From Patescibacteria group bacterium (GTDB taxonomy: Bacteria > Patescibacteriota > Minisyncoccia > Phycocordibacterales > Phycocordibacteraceae), in assembly GCA_024653825.1 (NCBI GenBank), contig JANLHF010000001.1, positions 62 to 64,061 of the forward strand: 64,000 nt of DNA, written 5' to 3'. Positions within the stretch are counted from its first letter, which is position 1. Every line of letters begins with the position of its first letter. This document shows positions 38,538 to 48,748 of this stretch, one piece after another. The notes beneath the pieces were generated by a model that worked only from the letters and a program-made list of their open reading frames with translations, did no database searches and was not told the origin of the DNA. The translations under genes and the position numbers were made by a program.

Positions 38538-39536
38538 ATGCGTTTGGGACTTTTTACGACCTTTCTTTCTATCCTTCTGCTCCCCGTAGCCGCTTCGGCA
38601 CAATCTCTGGGCGGGATAGGGGACGCGAGCGGCGGTTCATTTACTGTTTCGGTAGCTCCACAATTTCCAGTCCCTTACAGCACAGCGACATTGTCGTTTC
38701 TCTCTTCATCAATCGACCTCGCTAACGCGACGATAACAGTTACGGCTGATGGGAAGAAGATCTATCAGGGCAGTTCCCAGCCGGTATCTCTACCGCTTGG
38801 TGGAGCGGGATCCTCTGTAGACATTTCAGTAGCGGCCGTTACTAATGAATCCACTTATACACAGTATCTTTCTATCCAGCCACAAGATGTTGCCCTTGTC
38901 GCGGAACCTCTTTCCTCAGCGCCACCTCTCTACCTAGGAAAACCGTCAGTGCCCCCCGAGGGAAGCGTCCGCGTCGTCGCGATGGCAAATCTAAGAAGTG
39001 CGGGCGGGGGATCGCTCAACCCAACGGCACTTTCATATATTTGGACGGTCGATGGAGCCCAGATTGCGAACTCTTCAGGAATCGGCAAGGCAGCAATCAT
39101 CGTCGCCTCTCCCCTCCAATATCGCGCCCGCACTGTCGCTGTGTCGGTGACAAGCCAAGATGGATCTCTTGTAGGCGGCGCCAACCTCTCACTCTCTGTG
39201 TCTGAGCCCCTGATACGCGTCTACGAAAATGATCCTCTGCTTGGTATTCGGTTTGAAAAGGCCCTGAGCGGTACGTATACCATCAAGGGGACCGAATCAA
39301 CCCTATACGCCGCTCCTTTCTCTTTTGCGACGTCTGGCGGCCCCCCCCTTCTTCAATGGCTTCTGAATGGGGGGGTGGCGCAAACAGGTTCTTTAATCAC
39401 CTTGCGTCCCTCGGGTGGCGGACAAGGGAGGGCTTCGCTCTCGCTCATCGCATCCGAAGGACAGTTCACAACAATAACGACAAATCTTTCACTCTCTTTT
39501 GGTAACACCCCGAGCCCTAACTTCTTCGGCCTATGA
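38538..39536 (+). CDS. secreted Ig-fold-like hypothetical protein
   Basis: Signal peptide (...AASAQ) followed by beta-rich sequence. Confidence 0.75.
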   Translation: MRLGLFTTFLSILLLPVAASAQSLGGIGDASGGSFTVSVAPQFPVPYSTATLSFLSSSIDLANATITVTADGKKIYQGSSQPVSLPLGGAGSSVDISVAAVTNESTYTQYLSIQPQDVALVAEPLSSAPPLYLGKPSVPPEGSVRVVAMANLRSAGGGSLNPTALSYIWTVDGAQIANSSGIGKAAIIVASPLQYRARTVAVSVTSQDGSLVGGANLSLSVSEPLIRVYENDPLLGIRFEKALSGTYTIKGTESTLYAAPFSFATSGGPPLLQWLLNGGVAQTGSLITLRPSGGGQGRASLSLIASEGQFTTITTNLSLSFGNTPSPNFFGL

Positions 39537-40264
39537 AAAAATTCCTTATTTTAATAGCAGTCTCATTTATCTCCTTTGTCCCGCTCGCTCTTGCTCAAAC
39601 ACAGAGCGGATTCATCCCACTCGCCCCAATCCCCGGTCTTACTGACCAGAGTCTGACCAGCGCAGTGAACTCAGACACGCTCGCAAACTTCTTTAATAAT
39701 CTTTATAAATATCTCATCGGGCTCGCTGCGGCAATCGCCGTTATCCAGATTATCTGGGCAGGGCTCGACATCGCCTTCTTCCATAAGGACGCGGTGAGCG
39801 CTATCACCGATGATAAAGGAAAAATATACAACGCCATCTATGGTCTTATCCTCATCCTGTCCCCGGTGCTCGTCTTCTCCATCATTAATCCTAATATCCT
39901 GAACCTCTCGATCGGTCTTCCGGAACTCGACACTGTATCTGGTCCTCCGATTCAACAAAACACAACAACGGTCACTCCTTATATACAACAATCGGTCAGA
40001 CCTGGGAGCACGCGAGCGATCTATAATGGCCAGCTTATCGGTTTCCAAGAAGGTCCCGCGACCACTCCCCAAGCAAGTACTTGGTGCTATCCTCTTGCTT
40101 CTCCTCAGACAAATACCGATCCGGCGCTGAACGGCGGACAACCATACCAAGCGACGGTTTTTTGCGCGCGAGACTCAGGGGGATGCAGATCTTTTATGAA
40201 TGGAAGTTCCGGAACACCATGGGTACCAGCAACAGGTGCCCAGTGTATTCTCACTCCTCCATAA
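39533..40264 (+). CDS. VirB2/TrbC-like pilin-domain protein with Cys-containing C-terminus
   Basis: Signal peptide, PLAPIPG, two TMs with IIWAG...K.KIYNAIYGL...IINP. Confidence 0.7.
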   Translation: MKKFLILIAVSFISFVPLALAQTQSGFIPLAPIPGLTDQSLTSAVNSDTLANFFNNLYKYLIGLAAAIAVIQIIWAGLDIAFFHKDAVSAITDDKGKIYNAIYGLILILSPVLVFSIINPNILNLSIGLPELDTVSGPPIQQNTTTVTPYIQQSVRPGSTRAIYNGQLIGFQEGPATTPQASTWCYPLASPQTNTDPALNGGQPYQATVFCARDSGGCRSFMNGSSGTPWVPATGAQCILTPP

Positions 40265-40265
40265 T

Positions 40266-41465
40266 ATGCGTCAAAAACTAATCATTGCTGCAGCTGCGAT
40301 AGTCATCCTCGGGATTGGCGCCGCTGTCTACTTTCTCTTCTTCACCGGCTCCGCAACAGTGACCACTGTTCCGGGAACAACCTCTGGCCTACCTATGTCC
40401 GGCCCGGAAACATCTCTACCTGGAGAAACAACGTCGACGACCACATCTCTCGTGCTGGGATCGCCGATATCTGTTGGGGCTCGGTTGGTGAAGATTGCCG
40501 CAGGGCCGATAGTTCCGGGAGAAATAATCGTGAACAAGGAAGGCACGGCGAGTACCTCTCCCGAATCTACGGTCAGTTATATCGAACGCCAGAGCGGTAA
40601 TGTGTATGCCTACAGCACCCTCACAAAGGCGATAACGCGTATCTCGAACAAGACTGTCCCAGGTATCCAGTCTGCCGTATGGCTCCCCGATGCGTCGACC
40701 GCATTCGTCCGGTATCTCTCGGGAACAGATTTTTCAACCCTTAACACCTATGCGCTCCCCGTAAGTGGTTCCGGTGGATTTTTCCTCTCCCAAAATCTGT
40801 CCGACATCAGCGTTTCTTCCGCGAACATTCTCACCCTCGCCTCGGGCGTCAACGGCTCCAGTGTCTCCCTTGCGCGTACTGATGGATCACACTCATCATC
40901 GGTATTTACAACCCCTCTCTCCTCCCTCCGTATCTCGTTCGTGGGAAAGTCACAATATCTTGTCTTTACCAAGCCCTCCGCGACGCTCATGGGCAACGCC
41001 TTCCTTGTAGATGGTGCGGGGCGTTTCTCGCGCATCGCGGGCCCTCTCACCGGCCTTGTTGCTCTCGCGAGCCCTCTCGGGAAGTGGGTGCTGATAAGTT
41101 ACACCTTGGGGAATGCAATGCAGTTGAAACTAGTGAATGTCGCAACGAAAGAATCCGTCGCCCTCCCGATCGCGACCATCGCCGACAAGTGTGTGTGGGC
41201 ACAAAACGACTCTTCAGTGTATTGCGGCATACCAATGAATCCTTCTGGTTCAAACTACCCTGATGACTGGTATCAAGGGGCAATACATTTCTCGGACCGT
41301 ATTTGGAAAATAGAAGTGGCGAGCCGTTACGCACAACTCATTCTTGATTTTACAGCAGAAACGAAAGACGCTCTTGATGCCGAAGCCCTCTCTATTGATG
41401 CATCTCTAACTACCCTTGTGTTTGTGAATAAAAATGATGGCTCACTCTGGAGCTACTCTTTGTAA
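40266..41465 (+). CDS. membrane-anchored beta-propeller-like protein
   Basis: N-terminal TM; repeated beta strands; KCVW...YCG.P...PDDWYQG. Confidence 0.72.
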   Translation: MRQKLIIAAAAIVILGIGAAVYFLFFTGSATVTTVPGTTSGLPMSGPETSLPGETTSTTTSLVLGSPISVGARLVKIAAGPIVPGEIIVNKEGTASTSPESTVSYIERQSGNVYAYSTLTKAITRISNKTVPGIQSAVWLPDASTAFVRYLSGTDFSTLNTYALPVSGSGGFFLSQNLSDISVSSANILTLASGVNGSSVSLARTDGSHSSSVFTTPLSSLRISFVGKSQYLVFTKPSATLMGNAFLVDGAGRFSRIAGPLTGLVALASPLGKWVLISYTLGNAMQLKLVNVATKESVALPIATIADKCVWAQNDSSVYCGIPMNPSGSNYPDDWYQGAIHFSDRIWKIEVASRYAQLILDFTAETKDALDAEALSIDASLTTLVFVNKNDGSLWSYSL

Positions 41466-42200
41466 TTCCTCCTTTAGATCCTCTGTGGTGAGTGTTTTAC
41501 GTACATAGAGCTCTTGGAGTGCTCCGGCGAGGTTTGTTGTAATAAAATAGAGAGCAACAGCCCCTGAGGTCGTGTAAGAGATTGTTCCAATAAGGAAGGG
41601 GAAGACGTATTTCAACTGTAACCCCATCACGCGCTGGAAATCATTTTGCATACCCCTGCCCTCGGACGGCTTCATCGTCCCTGAAAGGGCCATATGCGCT
41701 TGGAGGAACTGAGTGATGCCCGCGAGCACTGCGAGGGTGATACTTTTCCCTGCGACAGAAATAAATCCTAAGAACTCTAGGGAGATGAGGTGTGGAATCG
41801 GGGTAAGTGCATAGAGCCGGGCGGTGTTGATAGTTGAAAAAGGCTCGTAATAGAAGACCCAGTAGAGGGCGAGAAGAACGGGGATCTGGATGAAAACAGT
41901 GAGGATACTCGCGAAAGGATTCACTTGTGCCTCTTTATAGAGAGCGAGTGTCTCGAGTGCTTCTTTCTCTTTATCTCCCTTATGTTTTTCTTTCAGGTCT
42001 TTTATCTTCGGCTCGAGTATCTTCATCGCGCGCTGGGTGCGTGCCGCAGAAAGGGAGAAGGGGAGAAGTACGAGACGGATAACAATAGTGAGAAGAATGA
42101 CCGCAATCCCTACATCCCCACCAGGGACGAGCGCAACAAGAGCGACAAGAGCGTTGTAGATCGGATTATAGAAAACAGTGTGGAAAAAAGTTGAGATCAC
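41442..42200 (-). CDS. yidC: membrane protein insertase YidC (short form)
   Basis: GIAVILLTIVIRLVLLP, LYKE..VNP, QIPV, LYFIT.N; canonical position after rnpA. Confidence 0.93.
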   Translation of the reverse strand: MISTFFHTVFYNPIYNALVALVALVPGGDVGIAVILLTIVIRLVLLPFSLSAARTQRAMKILEPKIKDLKEKHKGDKEKEALETLALYKEAQVNPFASILTVFIQIPVLLALYWVFYYEPFSTINTARLYALTPIPHLISLEFLGFISVAGKSITLAVLAGITQFLQAHMALSGTMKPSEGRGMQNDFQRVMGLQLKYVFPFLIGTISYTTSGAVALYFITTNLAGALQELYVRKTLTTEDLKEELQRVAPE

Positions 42201-42496
42201 GAAAGAAGTTTCTTTAACTCTGATTGAATATCTTTGTAGCTTACACTACTTACAGATGTTTTGGGAAAAAGAATGAGGGAAGAAGGAAGCTGGAGGGTGC
42301 GGAGTGCTGAAAGTACGCGACGTTTTATCTTATGTCGTGTGACCGAGAGCCTCGCTACCTTTTTGGGTATAACCACAGCGTGTCCTCTTCCTTCTGAGGA
42401 GATAATCACCATAAAATGTAGTGAGGAGAGCCTTCGTCCGGTTTTAAGGACGGTAGGGAATGACGCTCGAGGAAGCCGTTCTCGCCGTCTAAACAC
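42197..42496 (-). CDS. rnpA: ribonuclease P protein component
   Basis: AVVIPKKV...SVTRHKIKRR (RNR-like motif); synteny. Confidence 0.88.
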   Translation of the reverse strand: MFRRRERLPRASFPTVLKTGRRLSSLHFMVIISSEGRGHAVVIPKKVARLSVTRHKIKRRVLSALRTLQLPSSLILFPKTSVSSVSYKDIQSELKKLLS

Positions 42497-42498
42497 AG

Positions 42499-42636
42499 CT
42501 AAACCGCGAGACGGGTCCTCCCGGCACGACGACGACGGAGCACAATCTTGCGCCCAGAACTTGTCTTTGTGCGGGCGAGGAACCCGTGGGTGGTAGCGCG
42601 CTTCTTTTTCTTCGGTTGATAGGTCCGTTTGGTCAT
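42499..42636 (-). CDS. rpmH: 50S ribosomal protein L34
   Basis: Read manually: [45 protein letters not shown]. Confidence 0.96.
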   Translation of the reverse strand: MTKRTYQPKKKKRATTHGFLARTKTSSGRKIVLRRRRAGRTRLAV

Positions 42637-42731
42637 GTAGAAAAGATTAGTTTATACACATGATATTAACAGGTTTTCCACGAAACGCCAACGTGCCTTG
42701 TTTATGGTATCAGCGTATACTCCAGAGTATT

Positions 42732-44084
42732 ATGGATAAGGGAAATCCTCGAGAGTTGTGGGAATACATTCTTACTCAAATCGAGCTTTCTATTTCTTCC
42801 GCAAATTTCAATACTTGGTTTCGAAATAGCTTCATAGTAAAAATAGGAGAGGACGGGGTTATCTACATCGGGGTGCCGAGCCAATTTTTTAAAGATTGGT
42901 ACCTAAAGAAATTTCATTCTCTTCTTTTGAAGATTGCCCGTGATGTTTCGTATGAGTTCCGTAATATTGAATATCTTATTGTAAAGGATGAACACCGTAA
43001 GATTCAGAAAGAAACGAAGAATGTGCGTGGTGTAATGGAACTCCCTCTTGATGAATTCTATATCAACAAAAGTGATAGTCTAAATCCGCGCTACACCTTC
43101 GATACGTTCGTTATTGGTTCTTTTAATACTCTTGCGCACACTGCCGCTCAAGCAGCGCTTGCACGACCTGGTATCACCTATAATCCTCTCTTTGTGTATG
43201 GCGACACAGGAAGAGGGAAGACCCATCTTATTCAAGCGATTGGAAATCAGTTTAAGAAACAGTACCCTGGACGCAAAGTGTTTTATCTCACTTCAGAAAA
43301 ATTTGCTGTTGATTACACTGATTCGGTACAAGCGGGAACTGCAAATCGTTTCAAAGACAAATACCGTCAGTATGATCTTCTTATTATGGATGACGTTCAG
43401 TTCCTCTCTAAAAAAGATAAAACGCAAGAAGAACTCTTTCATCTCTTTAATACCCTCCACGATACAAATAAACAAATTATATTTTCCTCCGATCGTGCAC
43501 CTTCTGCTATTCCTGATATTGCTGAACGATTAAAAGGTCGTCTTGCAAGTGGTATGGCGGTCGATATTAGTGAACCTGATACTGAATCGCGTATGGCTAT
43601 CGTACAGAAAAAGGCTGCATCACATGGGATTATGCTTTCCCCAGAAGTTATCGAGTATGTCGCGACAGCAATGTCAGGCTCTATCCGAGAATTAGAAGGG
43701 ATGGTGAATAGTATTATTTGTCATGCTCAAGTAAAGGGGAGTGCACCTGATATTGCTGAGGTACGCCAATCACTTCGCTCTTTTACTCGACCTCAGAAAA
43801 ACATCTCTGTGAAGAATGTAGTTGATAAGGTCGCAGAATATTATGGTATTGATGAAGAAAGTATTTATGAGAAAACAAGAAGAAGAGAGGTAGTGCGTCC
43901 TCGACAAGTAATTATGTACCTCCTTAGAGAAGACTTTAGTATTTCATATCCTACAATAGGAACAAAACTTGGTGGTCGTGATCACACAACTGTTATTCAC
44001 TCGTGTGAGAAAATAAAGCGTGAAGTACTTGTGGACAATGATCTTTTAAAAGAGATCCAAAATATTAGATCTCTTCTTGTATGA
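42732..44084 (+). CDS. dnaA: chromosomal replication initiator DnaA
   Basis: LNPRYTFDTFV, YNPLFVYGDTGRGKTHL, DDVQF, RELEG, GGRDHTTV. Confidence 0.99.
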   Translation: MDKGNPRELWEYILTQIELSISSANFNTWFRNSFIVKIGEDGVIYIGVPSQFFKDWYLKKFHSLLLKIARDVSYEFRNIEYLIVKDEHRKIQKETKNVRGVMELPLDEFYINKSDSLNPRYTFDTFVIGSFNTLAHTAAQAALARPGITYNPLFVYGDTGRGKTHLIQAIGNQFKKQYPGRKVFYLTSEKFAVDYTDSVQAGTANRFKDKYRQYDLLIMDDVQFLSKKDKTQEELFHLFNTLHDTNKQIIFSSDRAPSAIPDIAERLKGRLASGMAVDISEPDTESRMAIVQKKAASHGIMLSPEVIEYVATAMSGSIRELEGMVNSIICHAQVKGSAPDIAEVRQSLRSFTRPQKNISVKNVVDKVAEYYGIDEESIYEKTRRREVVRPRQVIMYLLREDFSISYPTIGTKLGGRDHTTVIHSCEKIKREVLVDNDLLKEIQNIRSLLV

Positions 44085-44196
44085 ACTTTATACTTACTCT
44101 ATCCACATATTCTGTTTTCTTGAATGAGGAAAATACACAATCACTATATAGTTCTTTCAGCCTATCCCCAGTGTTAACAGCCCTAATAGATGTTGT
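44085..44196. other. candidate oriC unwinding region
   Basis: AT-rich dnaA-dnaN spacer with CTATCCACA (44099), CTATCCCCA (44162), a short GC patch and TAA-TAG trio-like repeats. Confidence 0.6.
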
Positions 44197-45297
44197 ATGA
44201 ATATTTCAATAGAAAAAAAAGAATTCGTTGAAGCAGTGCATAAGTCAGCACGTTTTGCTGAAAAGAAGACTGGAACACTCCCAGCACTCTCTTCAATCCT
44301 TATTATTGCAAGTGGTGATGGTATAAAAATGCGCGCAACGAATCTTGAAACAGGTATTGATTTAAAACTGAATGGAAAAGTTATATCCGATGGTGTTGTT
44401 GCAATACCTGCAACTATACTCCAACAGATAGCAAGTTCACTTACTCATGAAGGGACGATAGTATTAGAACATACAGGAGACACTCTCTCATTAAAGAGTG
44501 GTATGGGAAAAAGTACTATTAAGACGGTTGCTTACGACGATTTTCCTTCAATTCCTTTTCCAGAGAATCCGAAAAATAGAATGGTGATTCCTGGAGTTCT
44601 TCTTCGTTCTCTTTTTACCTCAATAGCATCTTGTGCTTCTTCTTCGACTATTCGACCTGAATTATCGAGTTTATATCTATCTGTAGAGGGAAATATATTA
44701 ACTGCAGTAGCAACAGATTCTTTCCGTCTCGCAGAGAAAAAAATTCCTCTTTCAAATAAAGGAACACAAGGAAAATTCCTTATTCCTGCTAAAAATGCGC
44801 TTGAGATAGCACAAGCACTACCAGATGAAGATATTATTATGTCTTTCGATGAACATCAATGTGCTTTTGTGGGAGATATGGGAATGATTGTTTCTCGACT
44901 CACAAACGCAACATATCCTGATTATCGGCAGATAATACCAAAAGAATCAATTGTTGAAGCGATTGTTCTTCGAAAAGATTTTGAACAAGCTTTAAAAAGA
45001 ACTACTATTTTTTCCGATTCATTCCAGAAAATACGAATAAGCTTTGATTCAAAGAAAAATACTCTTTCATTTTTTGCACGCAATCCAGATATTGGAGAAT
45101 CATCAGAAATCATACCAGCTCATATATCCGGTAGTGCACTCGATCTCTCGTTTAACTATCGGTATCTTTCAGCGGTACTCTCTCTTACAACTACAGAAAG
45201 TATTTCATTAACTGCTGCAGGAATAGGGCGCCCAATTATTATAAAGGGGATAACTGATACATCTCTTCTGTATCTCGTCTCTCCAATGAATCAGTAG
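44197..45297 (+). CDS. dnaN: DNA polymerase III beta clamp
   Basis: ATNLE, ATDSFRLAE, SRL....YPDY..IIP, FN.RYL, LVSPM. Confidence 0.97.
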   Translation: MNISIEKKEFVEAVHKSARFAEKKTGTLPALSSILIIASGDGIKMRATNLETGIDLKLNGKVISDGVVAIPATILQQIASSLTHEGTIVLEHTGDTLSLKSGMGKSTIKTVAYDDFPSIPFPENPKNRMVIPGVLLRSLFTSIASCASSSTIRPELSSLYLSVEGNILTAVATDSFRLAEKKIPLSNKGTQGKFLIPAKNALEIAQALPDEDIIMSFDEHQCAFVGDMGMIVSRLTNATYPDYRQIIPKESIVEAIVLRKDFEQALKRTTIFSDSFQKIRISFDSKKNTLSFFARNPDIGESSEIIPAHISGSALDLSFNYRYLSAVLSLTTTESISLTAAGIGRPIIIKGITDTSLLYLVSPMNQ

Positions 45298-45314
45298 AAG
45301 ATATATAATCCTAT

Positions 45315-47492
45315 TTAATATATTTTGGTAGAAGTAGAGACAAAAGTCTGAGCTGGTAAAGAAAGAGGGACAGGGAGCATTACTCCTTGGGTAAAAAGTT
45401 CCGGGTGATTTTTGTACCACGACGAAACACCATATTCCCAATACGCAAACTGCGGATCTTGTGCAGGGTTCAGAGGAGGAGGTCCTTGAGGATTGTTTTT
45501 GTCAGTCCAATATAATAAATCATGCGGTATGATTTCTCCATTTTCATCAGGTACATACCAATTTCCTCTAAGAAGTGGTGGAACGGTTGTGAGAATAGGA
45601 GTAGGTTCTCCAAAATAGGATTTCGGATATTTTGAAAGAGCGTATGCCATTACTTCATGCCACATAGGGGCGGCAATAAAACCAGCAACTGACTTCACCA
45701 TCGGGGTATTATCATTATTTCCCACCCAAACACCAACAGCAACGGAAGGAGTATATCCGATAACCCAAGCATCTCTCGTGTCATTTGTTGTACCTGTTTT
45801 TACCGCAACATCGTATCCCTGAAACGAGAGGGGAGAATTTAGAGGATATTCCGGGATGCGTGCGTACGCATTAGAAAGCATTGCTGAAATATCTCGCGCA
45901 ATATTTTCTGGAAGGACTTGTTTTCGTTGAGGAGTTTCCTTGATTAGTAGATTCCCTTGAGAATCATTTATAGAAAGGATACCGGTCGGCTGGTTTAATA
46001 CCCCATCATTTCCAAAAGCAGAATAAGCGCCCGTAAGATCTAGAAGGCGAACTTCACCACCACCGAGCACGAGCGTCAGGCCGTATTGATTTGGACTTCC
46101 GAGTGTTGTGAGACCGAATGATTTTGCAAGATTTATAGCATTCTGTATGCCGACCAGATACAGTGTTTTGATGGCAGGGATGTTAATTGACTGAGCAAGT
46201 GCAGTCTCAAAGGTCATAGGGCCACGAAACTTTTCATCATAATCTGATGGCGCATAACAAGGCGGGGTGTTATTAAAATTTTCCGAAGGTTGGCACGCAG
46301 TTGAAAATTGTGTCGGAGTATCGAATACAACCGTGTCACGGGTATATCCACGTTCAAGAGCGAGAGAATAAATAAAAGGTTTCATTGCGGAGCCAGGCTG
46401 TCGAAGAGCAAGGGTTGCATTATATTGACCCTCTATTTCCTCATCAAAAAAGCTTCTTGAGCCGACCATTGCGAGAATTTGTCCCGTCGACGGCTCTATA
46501 GCAACAAGAGACGCATTTGAGGCACGGAAATCCTTTACATTTTGCAATGCATAGGTATTCACAATTGATTCAGCCTTCACTTCAAGATCCGCATCAAGTG
46601 TTGTGGTCACTTTGAGTCCTGACATAAGTGCGTTTTGTCCATATAAATCTTCTAGTTGGCTTAGGATATAAAAAACGAAATGTGGAGCGACTATTGAGTT
46701 CTGTCCTGTGGTGGCGAAAGATACTTTTTCTTCTTTTGACTGCAGGTACGTTGCGTCGTCAATGAAACCAAGAGTGTTCATTCGTTTGAGCACCAGATCT
46801 TTGCGCGCATCCAGTTCAGCTCGATGACTGCCATAAGGAGAGAAATAACTCGGTGCCTGGATCATCGAGGCAAGATAGGCGGCCTCTGCGAGAGTGAGAT
46901 CTTTCGCGGGGATACCAAAATATGATTCTGAGGCGGCCTCAATGCCATAGAGTGTGCCACCATACGGGATACTATTGAGATAGGTTTCAAGAATCTTTTC
47001 TTTTGAATATACTTGCTCCATTTTTATTGCGAGTACCCATTCATGCACTTTTCGCACAACACTTTTCTTACTTGTGAGGAGGGTATTTTTTACCACTTGC
47101 TGAGTGATGGTCGAACCGCCCTGAGAAAATGTTCCACCAACAATGTCGGCGAGTATTGCTCGAAGAATAGAGGTAAATCGGATACCCCCATGTTCATAAA
47201 AACTCGAGTCTTCAATCGCTATTGTTGCATTGATAGTGTTTGGAGAAATATCAGACAGAGGAATAATGTTTCGTTTCGCATCGCGGTTATAATCATAGAG
47301 AAGAACCTGGCCAGTGCGGTCATATATCTTTGTCGACTGATCAACTTGGCGGGAGGCGAAAGAACTAATGTCGGGGGCAGGTGTTATGGAAACAATGAAA
47401 AAAATACTCCCAAAAAGAAAGAAAAGAATTCCAAAAAAAGAAAGAGTGATAGCGAGGAGTGTATGTCGCCGCAAAGCGAACCGACTAATCAT
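45315..47492 (-). CDS. class A penicillin-binding protein (PBP1A family)
   Basis: ED..FY.HGG, QGGSTITQQ, RK..E, QPGSAMK (SxxK), SIN, KTGT. Confidence 0.95.
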   Translation of the reverse strand: MISRFALRRHTLLAITLSFFGILFFLFGSIFFIVSITPAPDISSFASRQVDQSTKIYDRTGQVLLYDYNRDAKRNIIPLSDISPNTINATIAIEDSSFYEHGGIRFTSILRAILADIVGGTFSQGGSTITQQVVKNTLLTSKKSVVRKVHEWVLAIKMEQVYSKEKILETYLNSIPYGGTLYGIEAASESYFGIPAKDLTLAEAAYLASMIQAPSYFSPYGSHRAELDARKDLVLKRMNTLGFIDDATYLQSKEEKVSFATTGQNSIVAPHFVFYILSQLEDLYGQNALMSGLKVTTTLDADLEVKAESIVNTYALQNVKDFRASNASLVAIEPSTGQILAMVGSRSFFDEEIEGQYNATLALRQPGSAMKPFIYSLALERGYTRDTVVFDTPTQFSTACQPSENFNNTPPCYAPSDYDEKFRGPMTFETALAQSINIPAIKTLYLVGIQNAINLAKSFGLTTLGSPNQYGLTLVLGGGEVRLLDLTGAYSAFGNDGVLNQPTGILSINDSQGNLLIKETPQRKQVLPENIARDISAMLSNAYARIPEYPLNSPLSFQGYDVAVKTGTTNDTRDAWVIGYTPSVAVGVWVGNNDNTPMVKSVAGFIAAPMWHEVMAYALSKYPKSYFGEPTPILTTVPPLLRGNWYVPDENGEIIPHDLLYWTDKNNPQGPPPLNPAQDPQFAYWEYGVSSWYKNHPELFTQGVMLPVPLSLPAQTFVSTSTKIY

Positions 47493-47553
47493 GACGCGAA
47501 TAATAACACACAACCCCGCTTTTGCGGGGCCAGGTGGCAAATCATATATTGAT

Positions 47554-47637
47554 TCAATATGATTCTTCCTTCTCTTCAAGATCATCTGGATCTTCTATCA
47601 AGACGGGCTCATCATCGAAATCCTCGTGGGGACTCAT
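47554..47637 (-). CDS. possible small acidic peptide (27 aa)
   Basis: Read manually: MSPHEDFDDEPVLIEDPDDLEEKEESY*. Confidence 0.35.
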   Translation of the reverse strand: MSPHEDFDDEPVLIEDPDDLEEKEESY

Positions 47638-47719
47638 ATTGTGATAAGAGAGATGTTAATGGGTGTCCCAATGGGGACGGATACATTTGAGCAAATATTT
47701 CGCCGCGCGCAAGCGCTTT

Positions 47720-48211
47720 CTATACCTCATGGGGATTAGTCTTAAAAGGGCCCTGCGCCAAGGCGGTTATACCGATTGCAATAGCGTCGAATTCATCATC
47801 GAGCCTTTTCTTTTTTGGCAGATCAAGAAGTCGTGGAACCATTCGTGCAACCGCAGATTTTTCAGCGCCCCCATAGCCGGTCACTGCGAGCTTTACCTGC
47901 TGTGGAGAACATTCTATGACCGGAAGAAGGGAAATCCCAGCCGCAGCGAGAATTGCTCCACGCGCCTCAGCAACCCCAAGAGCTGTCTTTTTGTTGATGC
48001 TAAAAAAAAGAGTTTCTATTGCGATGGCGTCGGGGGAGTATTCCTTTATTGCGGAAGTAATAGCACGGGACACATGCGAAAGACGTTGAGAAGGTGTTCC
48101 CTTGTCGGGCAGGATACACTCACTCCAGAGGAGTGTTGGTCGTGATGGATTTCCCTCAAGAACAGCAACGCCAAGCCGGTCGTAGCCCGGGTCAATCGCC
48201 AGTATCTTCAT
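47720..48211 (-). CDS. ruvC: Holliday junction resolvase RuvC
   Basis: MKILAIDPG, AIETLFF, VKLAVTGYG.A.K, DDEFDAIA. Confidence 0.96.
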   Translation of the reverse strand: MKILAIDPGYDRLGVAVLEGNPSRPTLLWSECILPDKGTPSQRLSHVSRAITSAIKEYSPDAIAIETLFFSINKKTALGVAEARGAILAAAGISLLPVIECSPQQVKLAVTGYGGAEKSAVARMVPRLLDLPKKKRLDDEFDAIAIGITALAQGPFKTNPHEV

Positions 48212-48746
48212 AGCCACGCGCATTGGTAAATACTTGTTGAACGTCTTCATATTCATCAAGTGCCTCGAGGATGGCACAGAGTTTTTCTTCATCTTCACCG
48301 GAGACGTCAGTAAGTGGTTCGTTTGGAAGGTAATCCTCTCCTTTTTTATTAAATGCCCAACTCGCTGCGCCAGGGGAGGAGAGCTCGACACCATGAAGGA
48401 CGAGCAGGTGCTTTATTTCCTGCGTTGTTCTGTTTTTATTATCAGTGAGAGCATCAATCATTATTGCAACACCACCCGGACCGTACGCTTCGTACACTAC
48501 TCGAAGGAGTTCACCAGAATCTTTTGAGGTGCCTTTTGCAATAGCACGCTCGATATTTTCCTTAGGCATGTTCGCGGCTTTTGCCCGGGAAATAACGACA
48601 GAGAGCCCCGGAGCAGAGAGGATTCCGTTCGCCTTTTTTGATTCAAGAGAGATAAGACGCGCATAGCGCGAGAAGACACGGCTTCTCGCTGCGTCAGTGA
48701 CGGATTTCTGGCGCTTTATTTGAGACCATTTACTGTGTCCGGACAT
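48192..48746 (-). CDS. yebC: YebC/PmpR family protein (short form)
   Basis: MSGHSKW, NMPK.NIERAI, YEAYGPGG, TDNKNRT, DVQQVFTN. Confidence 0.93.
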   Translation of the reverse strand: MSGHSKWSQIKRQKSVTDAARSRVFSRYARLISLESKKANGILSAPGLSVVISRAKAANMPKENIERAIAKGTSKDSGELLRVVYEAYGPGGVAIMIDALTDNKNRTTQEIKHLLVLHGVELSSPGAASWAFNKKGEDYLPNEPLTDVSGEDEEKLCAILEALDEYEDVQQVFTNARGYEDTGD

Positions 48747-48748
48747 AG

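Noticed and set aside
48192-48746. Truncated yebC as a pseudogene
   Set aside because: Both termini are intact and in frame. It looks like a streamlined form lacking an internal domain.
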